A stretch of 64,000 nucleotides of DNA from a virus (lineage: Duplodnaviria; Caudoviricetes): the IMG/VR virus record IMGVR_UViG_3300031692_000001, positions 358-64,357 of that record, one strand, 5' to 3'. Positions 28,515 to 36,783 of the stretch are shown here, one piece after another (position 1 is the first letter of the stretch; every line of letters starts with the position of its first letter). A model generated the notes under the pieces. It was not told where the DNA came from and ran no database searches. It saw only the letters and a program-made list of their open reading frames with translations. The translations under genes and the position numbers were made by a program.

Positions 28515-28738
28515 TATTTTTCTCCCCTTTCGCATTTCTGACATAATCCGTTAAGGCCATATGATTTTTCTATACTTCCGCACTTTTCGCATTTTCTTGT
28601 TAAATAGTTTCCTGGGATAGAAACTATTTCCCCGGATTCAAGTTCAAGTTGAATCCAACCATCATACCGGTAGTTATCCCAGGCTATAAAAGTTTCCTCA
28701 AAAAATTGTACTTGTCTTGCTTTTCTTATCATACTCAC
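28514..28738 (-). CDS. Small Zn-finger cassette protein
   Basis: CEKC...LCQKC; RBS from core A (ATG probably at 28732). Confidence 0.6.
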   Translation of the reverse strand: MSMIRKARQVQFFEETFIAWDNYRYDGWIQLELESGEIVSIPGNYLTRKCEKCGSIEKSYGLNGLCQKCERGEK

Positions 28739-28810
28739 TCTCCTTACCCTTAACCCTGGGCGCCGGGTAGTAAGCCGGGGAATTAAACCCCGGTAAACCG
28801 CTCTAACTAT
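28738..28810 (-). repeat. Long repeat: module T plus core A
   Basis: 65 bp identical to 27738-27802. Confidence 0.95.
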
Positions 28811-29091
28811 ATTACAGACTCATACATTTTACTGAAATCTTTCCTGGTTTTTTCTATCGATTGATTCCAATGTAACGCACAACTAATAAGTGTTTTTTCT
28901 TCTGAAATAACCTCATTAAATTTAATTCCTGCATTAATGTTATCATCTTCTGTCCATACCGCAGATGAATTAACTCTCCACATTCTTGCATCTATTATTT
29001 GTTGTTTTTCTTTTGCAGTAAAAGACAAGCCTGTAAAAGTAATATCCTTTTCTACATCTTTTCTTGCTTCGTTTTCTGATAAATATCTCAT
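28807..29091 (-). CDS. Hypothetical cassette protein
   Basis: AAGGAGAG RBS at end of module B; stop codon overlaps module T. Confidence 0.65.
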   Translation of the reverse strand: MRYLSENEARKDVEKDITFTGLSFTAKEKQQIIDARMWRVNSSAVWTEDDNINAGIKFNEVISEEKTLISCALHWNQSIEKTRKDFSKMYESVI

Positions 29092-29106
29092 AATTTCTCT
29101 CCTTAT

Positions 29107-29206
29107 CTCGCTTAAAGCCCGTCGGCTATATTTCGCTCAGCCTCACACGCTGTATGAGGCCGGGTAAAATAGGAGAGCTTACGTATTGCTCTCCGGGATG
29201 ATGGGT
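29107..29206 (-). repeat. Repeat module B copy 2
   Basis: Direct repeat of 29390-29485 with compensatory changes in hairpin 2. Confidence 0.9.
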
Positions 29207-29207
29207 A

Positions 29208-29378
29208 TTATATTGATTTAATTTTTCGTATAAATGTAATAGTGAGTCTATCAACACCGAAAAAAGTAATATGCTGACAAAACTCATCATTTCCAGGACA
29301 TCCCCACCAATACATTAACTTTGATGTAGTCCAAGATTCGGGAATCAAACCTATAATAAACTCAATTATTGCTCTCAT
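29208..29378 (-). CDS. 56-aa cassette protein, duplicated at 63880 to beyond 64000 (not in ORF track)
   Basis: AAGGAGAG RBS; MRAIIEFIIGLIPESWTTSKLMYWWGCPGNDEFCQHITFFGVDRLTITFIRKIKSI. Confidence 0.75.
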   Translation of the reverse strand: MRAIIEFIIGLIPESWTTSKLMYWWGCPGNDEFCQHITFFGVDRLTITFIRKIKSI

Positions 29379-29389
29379 GCTTCTCTCCT

Positions 29390-29485
29390 TCTCGCTTAAA
29401 GCCCGTCGGCTATATTTCGCTCAGCCCCACTCAACGAATGAGGCCGGGTAAAATAGGAGAGCTTACGTATTGCTCTCCTGGGTGC
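29390..29485 (-). repeat. Repeat module B copy 3
   Basis: GCACCCAGGAGAGCAATACGTAAGCTCTCC...GGGCTTTAAGCGAG. Confidence 0.9.
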
Positions 29486-29683
29486 TTAGAGCTTAACGCC
29501 CATTTTTTGACACCATGCAACCATTAGATCATCGTCGCCTGAATCAACTACTTGTTGTGCGCTTTCTCTAATTCTTTGCATGTTTTCAACCCGGTCGCCC
29601 TGGGCTATTTTTATATCACAAAGGGCAATAATTTTCCTGATTTGCCCCTCAACTATTGCACTAATTATTGTATTGTCTATCAT
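29486..29683 (-). CDS. Hypothetical early protein
   Basis: First gene after promoter module C; GGAGGAG RBS. Confidence 0.65.
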   Translation of the reverse strand: MIDNTIISAIVEGQIRKIIALCDIKIAQGDRVENMQRIRESAQQVVDSGDDDLMVAWCQKMGVKL

Positions 29684-29691
29684 CTTTGCTC

Positions 29692-29785
29692 TCCTCCGTA
29701 AAATTAGTATATAAGGTTTTTCTCTTAACCTCTAATACTAATATAAACCTTTTTTATAAAAAAGTAAAGTACTTTTTTAAAAATA
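29692..29785 (-). promoter_or_regulatory. Promoter + stem-loop leader + RBS (module C)
   Basis: AAAAAAGTAC-TTTACT-spacer-TATATT-AGTATTAGAGGTTAAGAGAAAAACCTTATATACTAATTTTACGGAGG. Confidence 0.85.
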
Positions 29786-29786
29786 A

Positions 29787-30008
29787 TTAATTATTTTTTT
29801 GTTCCTCTTCTATTTCCTCTATAAATTCCGGGTCCACTGATATTAAAATAGTTCCATCAACTAATTGAATATCATATCTCTCAGACAATAAATGAGTTGG
29901 GGCATGAATAAAAATAATAGTTCCTTTTTCCAAATGAAAGTATTTTAAATCAGAAGAGTGTATTTTAACTTTAACTTTCATTCCAATTGATATATTTTCC
30001 GGCAACAT
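29787..30008 (-). CDS. Small SH3/KOW-like hypothetical protein
   Basis: IGMKVKVK...GTI...YDIQL pattern; GGAGG RBS. Confidence 0.5.
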   Translation of the reverse strand: MLPENISIGMKVKVKIHSSDLKYFHLEKGTIIFIHAPTHLLSERYDIQLVDGTILISVDPEFIEEIEEEQKNN

Positions 30009-30022
30009 AAAACCTCCTATAT

Positions 30023-30211
30023 TTACTCATCATTACCTTTAAAGGTCGTGACTATCCCCTCTGTCATTAAAATTTCGTGAGTCCCGGAGGAGGTTGTAAT
30101 ATTTCCGTAAATGCAAGGCGCTTCATCCGCTGCTAATTTAATATTATAATCCAAGGCATTCTCTTCCTTCATTATCAATTTACCTGTTTTTGACCAAACA
30201 TATACTTTCAT
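30023..30211 (-). CDS. Hypothetical protein
   Basis: TAATG coupling with upstream gene. Confidence 0.5.
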   Translation of the reverse strand: MKVYVWSKTGKLIMKEENALDYNIKLAADEAPCIYGNITTSSGTHEILMTEGIVTTFKGNDE

Positions 30212-30594
30212 TATTTTCCCTTCCTTTCTTTTTCAATAAACTTGTTCCAACCATTCAATTCTATTTTCTCTTTCACCCAAAATATTACTTGATTAGCAAA
30301 TAAGGGGTTTTCAATCCTATCTATCAACTCCATAACATTCCAAGAGTACATTAAAGAAACACACAAACCCCCAATTACAATCCCCAAAACAAAAAAAGAC
30401 CCTGTAAAAAAAGAGAATACCGGGGAAGATATTTCAACACATACGATATTATCAACCAATACTCCTATCTGCTTAAATATAATTGTTTGGGATAATGCAT
30501 ATATTCCTATACTCAATAAAATTAAAAACACCAATATAAATCTATTTCTTGTTTTGGGAATTATACTTTTATTCATCGTTTTCCTCCGGTTCAA
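30211..30594 (-). CDS. Membrane protein
   Basis: Two hydrophobic segments. Confidence 0.55.
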   Translation of the reverse strand: MNRRKTMNKSIIPKTRNRFILVFLILLSIGIYALSQTIIFKQIGVLVDNIVCVEISSPVFSFFTGSFFVLGIVIGGLCVSLMYSWNVMELIDRIENPLFANQVIFWVKEKIELNGWNKFIEKERKGK

Positions 30595-30776
30595 TTTCTA
30601 CCAAACCATTAAGTAAAACAAACCTGTCGTAATTTTTTCTATGCTCACAATTTTCTATTCCTTTTTCTCCCATAGACATACATCCATCCCCCCACCTGAT
30701 AGAGTAGGCACAACAAAACTTATTTTTACATTTAATCATCTTTCCCTTTCTCCTTTTTCTGCAGTATTTTTATTCA

Positions 30777-31448
30777 TCACTTTCCTCCCTTATTATGAAA
30801 TGGTATCATCTTCCTTCCCTCCTGGGTTAGGCCATTCTTCCTATTGAATATGTCTTCAATCCTTTTCCGGGACTCTTCTGGTAAGCTACTCCCCCCTTCT
30901 TTTCGATAGACATTAAACACATATTCCCACAAGGTCCGCAAGGATTCCGATCTTACTCCTAATTTATATTCAACTACTTTTACCCCTTCTTTCCACTTCT
31001 CCTCTATCCCATCAATAACAACAATCAAATCTTTATCTATCTCATCCAGTTCCTTTCTCTTCCCATCTTCGTGATAAAAATCACTTACCTTATAGAATGC
31101 TCTTTTATAATATGTGTCCAAAAGAAGTACTTCTAAACGCTCCCTATAGGGCTTGATAATAACTTCCATAAACCTCTTAATAGCTTCCTGTATTCTATCC
31201 CTGGACATAATCTCTGATGCTCTGCTATCAGCTATAGCATTAGTTTTTCCTTTATACCCGGCTTCATAATACGCCTTTCTTTGGTTAAATCCATTGGTAC
31301 AATAGCCCGCTACATATCTAAACTCGCGTCCGTTAAGTTGTAGGTCTGATATATCTAATGGTATTAATTTTTTTGCTTCCGGTAAGGATAATATGTCTTT
31401 TTTCTTCTTTTTCTTAGGTTTTTTCTTTTCTATAGGGAGGTTTTCCAA
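30777..31448 (-). CDS. Terminase small subunit
   Basis: LNGREFRYV..Y..NGFNQRKAYYEAGY....ASEIM...IQEAI (Terminase_2-like HTH). Confidence 0.75.
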   Translation of the reverse strand: MENLPIEKKKPKKKKKKDILSLPEAKKLIPLDISDLQLNGREFRYVAGYCTNGFNQRKAYYEAGYKGKTNAIADSRASEIMSRDRIQEAIKRFMEVIIKPYRERLEVLLLDTYYKRAFYKVSDFYHEDGKRKELDEIDKDLIVVIDGIEEKWKEGVKVVEYKLGVRSESLRTLWEYVFNVYRKEGGSSLPEESRKRIEDIFNRKNGLTQEGRKMIPFHNKGGK

Positions 31449-31560
31449 TGTTTTTACTCCTTTTCTCTCTATTTCTTTTAAATATACTATATTTTTATTC
31501 TAAAAGATAGTTTTTTCTATATAGGTAAATTAGGTTTTTGCTCCCTTTACATTTCATATT

Positions 31561-31725
31561 TTACTCCTCTTCCTCTTCTTTTACTTCAATCAAATCTTTC
31601 CAGTCTCTCCCGTAAGAATCAATCTCTTCTTCTTCTACGTATGAAATAAATTTTTCCCTTGCTTTTTCCCAGGACTCAGCCTCAACGGAATAATAACCAC
31701 CCCACGTTACTGTAAATATTGCCAT
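31561..31725 (-). CDS. 54-aa acidic protein (not in ORF track)
   Basis: AAGGAG RBS; MAIFTVTWGGYYSVEAESWEKAREKF...EEEEE. Confidence 0.6.
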   Translation of the reverse strand: MAIFTVTWGGYYSVEAESWEKAREKFISYVEEEEIDSYGRDWKDLIEVKEEEEE

Positions 31726-31729
31726 CGTT

Positions 31730-32023
31730 TTACTCCTTTACCTTTCCACTCAAATCATAATTAGTCAAATTCCTATCTATTTTTTCATAAAAATATAAAG
31801 CAATCGCTATTGTTTCCTTACTATTTATTTTTGTTTCTATCTTTTTACACATATCATTTAATTCTTTTAATATTTGTTTTTCCTGCCAATATAAACTTCT
31901 TCCTTTTATTTTAACAGCTATTTCTTCAATTTCTTCAATTTCCATTTGTATTCCTCCACTTAACCTTTTGCTTAACAATCGGATATTGATTTTTTCCCAC
32001 TCATATATCCCTTCTCCTTTCAT
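31730..32023 (-). CDS. Hypothetical protein
   Basis: Probable start at internal MEIEE after GGAGG. Confidence 0.45.
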   Translation of the reverse strand: MKGEGIYEWEKINIRLLSKRLSGGIQMEIEEIEEIAVKIKGRSLYWQEKQILKELNDMCKKIETKINSKETIAIALYFYEKIDRNLTNYDLSGKVKE

Positions 32024-32024
32024 A

Positions 32025-32062
32025 AAAAGGGAAAGGGCTGAAAACTATACAGCCCTTTCCCT
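32025..32062 (-). terminator. Terminator
   Basis: AGGGAAAGGGCTG / CAGCCCTTTCCCT perfect stem plus T-run. Confidence 0.8.
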
Positions 32063-32103
32063 ATATAATATATATTTTTAGATTATAGTAAAATAAAAAC
32101 AAT

Positions 32104-32445
32104 CTAACACCTCATTTTATAAGTCGGAGCTTTTACATACATTATATTATTCATGTCAGCAGGTCCATTATCACTAACTACCAGATTATTATATTTATTT
32201 AAATTTGTATTTCTGTCCAAAGAGTTATTATATTGGACATAAGAATTTCGATTCACTATATTACTCAAATTGTAATCAAATGAATCTTCCATAATTATAT
32301 TAGTAGAGACGCCCTCCATATTATTGAAGAGCTTAACCACACCCATACAATCAATTCCCTCTTCACTATTGACCGTATCTGCTAATAGATTAGCGCTTAA
32401 TAGCACAAACCCAATCAACAGAATCAGAAAAAGTATTTTTTTCAT
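32104..32445 (-). CDS. Secreted hypothetical protein
   Basis: Signal peptide MKKILFLILLIGFVLLSANLLA; GAGGAGG RBS. Confidence 0.6.
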   Translation of the reverse strand: MKKILFLILLIGFVLLSANLLADTVNSEEGIDCMGVVKLFNNMEGVSTNIIMEDSFDYNLSNIVNRNSYVQYNNSLDRNTNLNKYNNLVVSDNGPADMNNIMYVKAPTYKMRC

Positions 32446-32495
32446 ACTCTTTTCCTCCTCTTATTTATATTTCATAACCCATACAGGAAATGTTT

Positions 32496-32696
32496 TTATT
32501 CAATTTTCTCAAAAATCCTATTTAACCATTTGGATTCTCTGATGGAAATCGTTTCATTTAATCTCCTCTTTTTTTTTGTAATGCTTTTTAAAAATTTTGG
32601 TTCTTCTAGGTATAAAAAAACAAGACCCTTTTTCTTCGCTTCCCATATAGTTTTAATTTTATCGTTCCATTTATCTTTTGTTTCTTGACTTATCAT
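32496..32696 (-). CDS. Hypothetical protein
   Basis: Tightly packed ORF. Confidence 0.45.
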   Translation of the reverse strand: MISQETKDKWNDKIKTIWEAKKKGLVFLYLEEPKFLKSITKKKRRLNETISIRESKWLNRIFEKIE

Positions 32697-32697
32697 T

Positions 32698-33033
32698 TTA
32701 TAATAATCCCACTAATTTTCTTGCACACTTATAAGAACAAGTTGGAAATCTTCCTTGCATAACAGCTTCCTCTTCCTTTATTACTTTTTCACATTGTTCA
32801 CATTCAACAGTCCCATCAAACTCAGTATAAAATTCTTTAATTCCATTTGAAGGAAATTGTAATTTTGATGGATCATATATATTCCCTTCCTTATCTACAC
32901 ACCACCAATGTTGTTCTTTTCTATCCCAAAGGGGTTCATAATAATATCCCCGGACTAAAGTATAATTTTCTTTATCAGCTAATTGTTGAGCCAATTCTTT
33001 ACAATTACCCCGAAATTCTAAATAATTACTCAT
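32698..33033 (-). CDS. Conserved phage protein with C-terminal Zn finger
   Basis: RGNC...LVRG.Y...HWWC...IYDP..QF; CEQC...CSYKC. Confidence 0.6.
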   Translation of the reverse strand: MSNYLEFRGNCKELAQQLADKENYTLVRGYYYEPLWDRKEQHWWCVDKEGNIYDPSKLQFPSNGIKEFYTEFDGTVECEQCEKVIKEEEAVMQGRFPTCSYKCARKLVGLL

Positions 33034-33304
33034 TCTCTTTCCTTTTCAATAGATAGCCAAGGAGGAGGAGTACTACTACCCCCCCCGGCTATATCTTTTT
33101 TAGATTCTTAGAATTAAAGTTTTATAATGGAATCCTCCTATATAATTTATTTTCTTACTAAACTGTCAACGACAGTTTAAATGATTTTATAAATATTTAA
33201 AAGCATAATTAATACTATCTATATGCTCAAATATTTTAAAAAGATCCTTTTATCTTTTCCCGTTCTTCCTCTGTAATAGAAGGTTTTAATTTCTCCATGA
33301 TTAT

Positions 33305-33493
33305 CTACCCCTTTACTATTTTTTGTAAATCTATTAAGCTAAAATTCTCTTGTGTCAATTGGGTACTTAAACAAGAAGGAATTTCAAACCCTACTCTTAA
33401 CAAAGACTTTGCCATTTTTTGAAGATATAAATATTTCTCTCTCGGTGTATCCCCCGGTAAAAGTCTAATAATCACCTTTTCATATGATTCCAT
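33305..33493 (-). CDS. Hypothetical protein
   Basis: AAGGAG RBS. Confidence 0.5.
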   Translation of the reverse strand: MESYEKVIIRLLPGDTPREKYLYLQKMAKSLLRVGFEIPSCLSTQLTQENFSLIDLQKIVKG

Positions 33494-33516
33494 AGTTCTT
33501 TACTCCTTATTTTTCC

Positions 33517-33828
33517 TTAATCATAATATTTTCTTACACACTGTCTTATAATAGTGTATGCAAAATCAAAAATACCATCTGTTGAATTATTGATAATCAT
33601 TTCATAAGTAATGCTATCAATAATATTATCTATAATATTTTTGATTCCTGTGATTTCTTCTTCATTTCTGTTATTTTCATAACTTTTATCATCTTCAATT
33701 GCATATTTGAACATATCAACAATATCTTCATTTGATACTGTTGTTTTCTCACCATCAAAATAACAAGTATTATTACTATATATTTTCCCGTTGAACTTTG
33801 TTATTGCCTTATATTCTTCTCTCTTCAT
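33517..33828 (-). CDS. Hypothetical early protein
   Basis: First gene after module C at 33837. Confidence 0.6.
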   Translation of the reverse strand: MKREEYKAITKFNGKIYSNNTCYFDGEKTTVSNEDIVDMFKYAIEDDKSYENNRNEEEITGIKNIIDNIIDSITYEMIINNSTDGIFDFAYTIIRQCVRKYYD

Positions 33829-33836
33829 AATCTCAA

Positions 33837-33929
33837 TCCTCCGTAAAATTAGTATAAAAGGTTTTCTCTTAACCTCTAATACTAATATACTACCTTTCTT
33901 AATAAAAATAAAGTACTTTTTTAAAATAA
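33837..33929 (-). promoter_or_regulatory. Promoter + stem-loop leader + RBS (module C)
   Basis: Near-identical to 29692-29785. Confidence 0.85.
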
Positions 33930-33940
33930 ATCAATTATTT

Positions 33941-34396
33941 TTATATATCATCTTCTTCTAAAGCTCTGGATATTTGGGGAAAAATAAATTGAATAGCTTC
34001 TAAAACATGCAAAGCACTCGGCGCTCTTTTCTTTTTATCCAATAAATCTAAAAATAGAATACTATATAGTTTCATTTTAGAAGATGTCATTTGATTTTTA
34101 AATTTTTTCATATTAAAAAAATATTCTTCTCCTCTCTCTCCCATTTTACCAATTCTATAAGTAACAGAAGATTTGCAAAGCTCAGATATTTCCTTAATAT
34201 CAATTTCATACTTTTCTAATCCCTGATTTAAAGTCAATATGGGATTATTTTTTAATTCTTTTATTATTTTATCTATCAATTCTATAGATAATTCACACCA
34301 TAATCTTTTCATTTTATTATCCTTTATAATGTTTACACCAAAATTTTCTGTCTGATAATTGCCCTCCATAAGAACAATATCCATTCTCCTCTTCAA
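33941..34396 (-). CDS. Hypothetical protein
   Basis: Open ORF; start uncertain. Confidence 0.5.
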   Translation of the reverse strand: MKRRMDIVLMEGNYQTENFGVNIIKDNKMKRLWCELSIELIDKIIKELKNNPILTLNQGLEKYEIDIKEISELCKSSVTYRIGKMGERGEEYFFNMKKFKNQMTSSKMKLYSILFLDLLDKKKRAPSALHVLEAIQFIFPQISRALEEDDI

Positions 34397-34498
34397 AACA
34401 ACTCCCGCAATTAAAACCCATTATTGAAGGAATTTTATAATAAGACCTAAAAAAATTATAAATCTTATTTTTCAATCTCACCCATATTGGTTTTTTCT

Positions 34499-35008
34499 TC
34501 ATTCCCCTTTCTCCTCTCTTTTATTAAATAATTTTTGAAATGTTTCCCAATACATCATCACTAAAGGTTGTTTAAACGCCTTTTTATTATGAACTATTAT
34601 CCAATCTGTTTGTGAAATTAAATTATTTTCCACCTGAGCAATAGTCGAACCTATGGAAAAACCTTCTGTATTTTTGCATTCTATTGTAAAAGGAAATCTC
34701 TTCAAAGCCTTTCCCCTCAAAATAACATCAACCCCAGCTTGTCCCATTTCCCTGGAATGAATAAGACATTGATCATCCTGTTGATCATAGGGAAAGTTTA
34801 TCATTTCAGATATCTTTTTACATACCCATTTTTGCAATTCCCTTCCTTTAGCTTTTGCTGATGATGTTTTTATAGGTTTTAAAGCCCTTTTTAATTTTCT
34901 CATTATTTTTTTTCTTAATTCACAATTAGGTTTTATAAAAGGAGGACCAAGAAAAATATTTTGTATATACTCAATCTCCTTTTTTTCTAATATAATGGAC
35001 TTGGACAT
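34499..35008 (-). CDS. Holliday junction resolvase (PD-(D/E)XK)
   Basis: SAKAKGRELQ, GQAGVDV, FTIECKN. Confidence 0.8.
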   Translation of the reverse strand: MSKSIILEKKEIEYIQNIFLGPPFIKPNCELRKKIMRKLKRALKPIKTSSAKAKGRELQKWVCKKISEMINFPYDQQDDQCLIHSREMGQAGVDVILRGKALKRFPFTIECKNTEGFSIGSTIAQVENNLISQTDWIIVHNKKAFKQPLVMMYWETFQKLFNKREEKGE

Positions 35009-35277
35009 AAAACCTCCTTATCAAATCTCTCCGATATCTCCGTAACTCCTACAAAAAAGAAAAAATAAATAACCCCTATTTTAATTAAACCTCTATCCAC
35101 CATAATAGAGAGTTTACTCATAATTAAAATATGATTATTCCCTTCCGCTCTTAATGACAAATATATTTTCCATACTTCATAAATCTCTTCTTTTGTCACC
35201 AATAATGATTCCATTAAAGATGGATTTAATATTTCTTTTTTCGATTCGTTTTTATTTCCTGCTCTATCATTTCCCAT
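34987..35277 (-). CDS. Hypothetical protein
   Basis: ORF between RecA-like gene and resolvase; start uncertain. Confidence 0.4.
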   Translation of the reverse strand: MGNDRAGNKNESKKEILNPSLMESLLVTKEEIYEVWKIYLSLRAEGNNHILIMSKLSIMVDRGLIKIGVIYFFFFVGVTEISERFDKEVLCPSPLY

Positions 35278-36422
35278 TTTTCCCTCACTCTAAGCGTTAA
35301 TTCTTTTTGGAGTCCTTCTGACTCTATATATTCAATAAGTTCATCCCTTGTCCGGGATATCCCAAACTTTTTTACAAATTGATCTTTATAATTTTTTTCA
35401 AACCACTCGGCCTGAACTTGTTTTTTATCATCCCCTTTCAGGGTACTCCTGGAAAACTTATTTTTAAATTCCTCAATTACTCCTATTTCCTCTGCAAACA
35501 ACCTTAAACTTTTTATGGAGATATTTTCACTCCCTCCTTCCCAAACTATACTTTGAGATTTTTTCAATAAGTTTAAATCTTCTCCTCTCAAATCAAATAA
35601 AAAATCAAGATTAGATCCTATATTGTCCAAACCATAATCAAACAAAAGAGAAAAGGAACATTCCCGGAATGGCCTGGGGGTTTTACTTTTTTTTGCATGA
35701 GCCTTAACTATTACTCCAACAGCCCTTCCTTTTTTCTTAATTTTATAATATGAATTCAACCATAAAACTGTATGACAATAAAAATCCATAGCTCTTCCTC
35801 CAGCTCTGGATTGAGCTTTAAACATAGAATCTATTTTATCACGGATTTGAGAAATAATAATTAAAAAACCATTAGACTCTTCAATTAAATCAGCTATGGG
35901 AGGAAAAAATTCTTGGCTTAAAAACTTTGCTTTTCCCATCTGATAACTACCGTCTTTGAAATCTTTCCCTTTTTTAAAAGAATTATGACGATCATCCCCT
36001 CTCTTTTGTAATTCTTTAGAAGTTAATCCATCTAAAGAATCAACCACATAAATTCCGAATTCCCCTGGTTTAAGAGATTCAAAAAACATCCGGCAATTAC
36101 TATAAAGATCCTCTACTGTTTTACTCCGAGTTTGTTTTTTTCTATCCAAAGGAAGTATTTCAAAACCATATAAAGATTGAGTATCAAAAGTAAATCCACT
36201 TTCACAATTATCAAATTTCCATTTTAATTCCTCTTTTAATTTATAACGAGCTGCTGCGAGTATTTCGCAAGCCAAAAAGGTTTTTCCGGAACTTTTATCC
36301 CCTACAATATTTATAATTTTTTGAATTGGATACCCATATCCCTCTCCCCCACCTACAACCAAATCCAATAAATCAGATCCTGAAGATAATCTCATTATTT
36401 CATTTTCCTTTTTTTCTTTCAT
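35226..36422 (-). CDS. RecA/UvsX-like recombinase
   Basis: SSGSDLLDLVVGGG, Walker A GDKSSGKT, YVVDSL, IIISQIRDKI, GGRAMDFY. Confidence 0.9.
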   Translation of the reverse strand: MKEKKENEIMRLSSGSDLLDLVVGGGEGYGYPIQKIINIVGDKSSGKTFLACEILAAARYKLKEELKWKFDNCESGFTFDTQSLYGFEILPLDRKKQTRSKTVEDLYSNCRMFFESLKPGEFGIYVVDSLDGLTSKELQKRGDDRHNSFKKGKDFKDGSYQMGKAKFLSQEFFPPIADLIEESNGFLIIISQIRDKIDSMFKAQSRAGGRAMDFYCHTVLWLNSYYKIKKKGRAVGVIVKAHAKKSKTPRPFRECSFSLLFDYGLDNIGSNLDFLFDLRGEDLNLLKKSQSIVWEGGSENISIKSLRLFAEEIGVIEEFKNKFSRSTLKGDDKKQVQAEWFEKNYKDQFVKKFGISRTRDELIEYIESEGLQKELTLRVREKWEMIEQEIKTNRKKKY

Positions 36423-36780
36423 TATTACTCCCTGTATACTTTTCATAATATTCATCAAACTCTTCTCTCTTAAAGACCACCGCATTTTTGAATTTTCTCC
36501 TTTCAATATTGGAAGAATTTAGAATTCTATAGATTTTAGCTACATGGACATTATATCGGACAGCTGTCTGTTGAACAGTTTCCCATTCTTCCCCTATATT
36601 AGCGCTATTCAACCATTTCAAAAGAAAAGGTTTAAAATACCTCCAATGAACCCCATCCATATCCTTTTCAGCGAATTTGTGAGTCAATCCCGCATATAAA
36701 ATACCCGGCCGGGAAATATCCCGGCCATTTTCTTTACAAAGTTCAATTGCTTCTTTTGTTTTAATCCATTCCATTTCCAT
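36400..36780 (-). CDS. Putative DNA-binding protein (tandem excisionase/MerR-like HTH)
   Basis: Two repeats EWIKTKEA / EWETVQQTA. Confidence 0.5.
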   Translation of the reverse strand: MEMEWIKTKEAIELCKENGRDISRPGILYAGLTHKFAEKDMDGVHWRYFKPFLLKWLNSANIGEEWETVQQTAVRYNVHVAKIYRILNSSNIERRKFKNAVVFKREEFDEYYEKYTGSNNERKKGK

Positions 36781-36783
36781 AAT

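Noticed and set aside
29107-29485. Known self-cleaving ribozyme (hammerhead, HDV/theta, pistol, twister) in module B
   Set aside because: No CUGAnGA core, no room for HDV P2/P3 inside the first stem, and no pistol pseudoknot partner; checked by eye only
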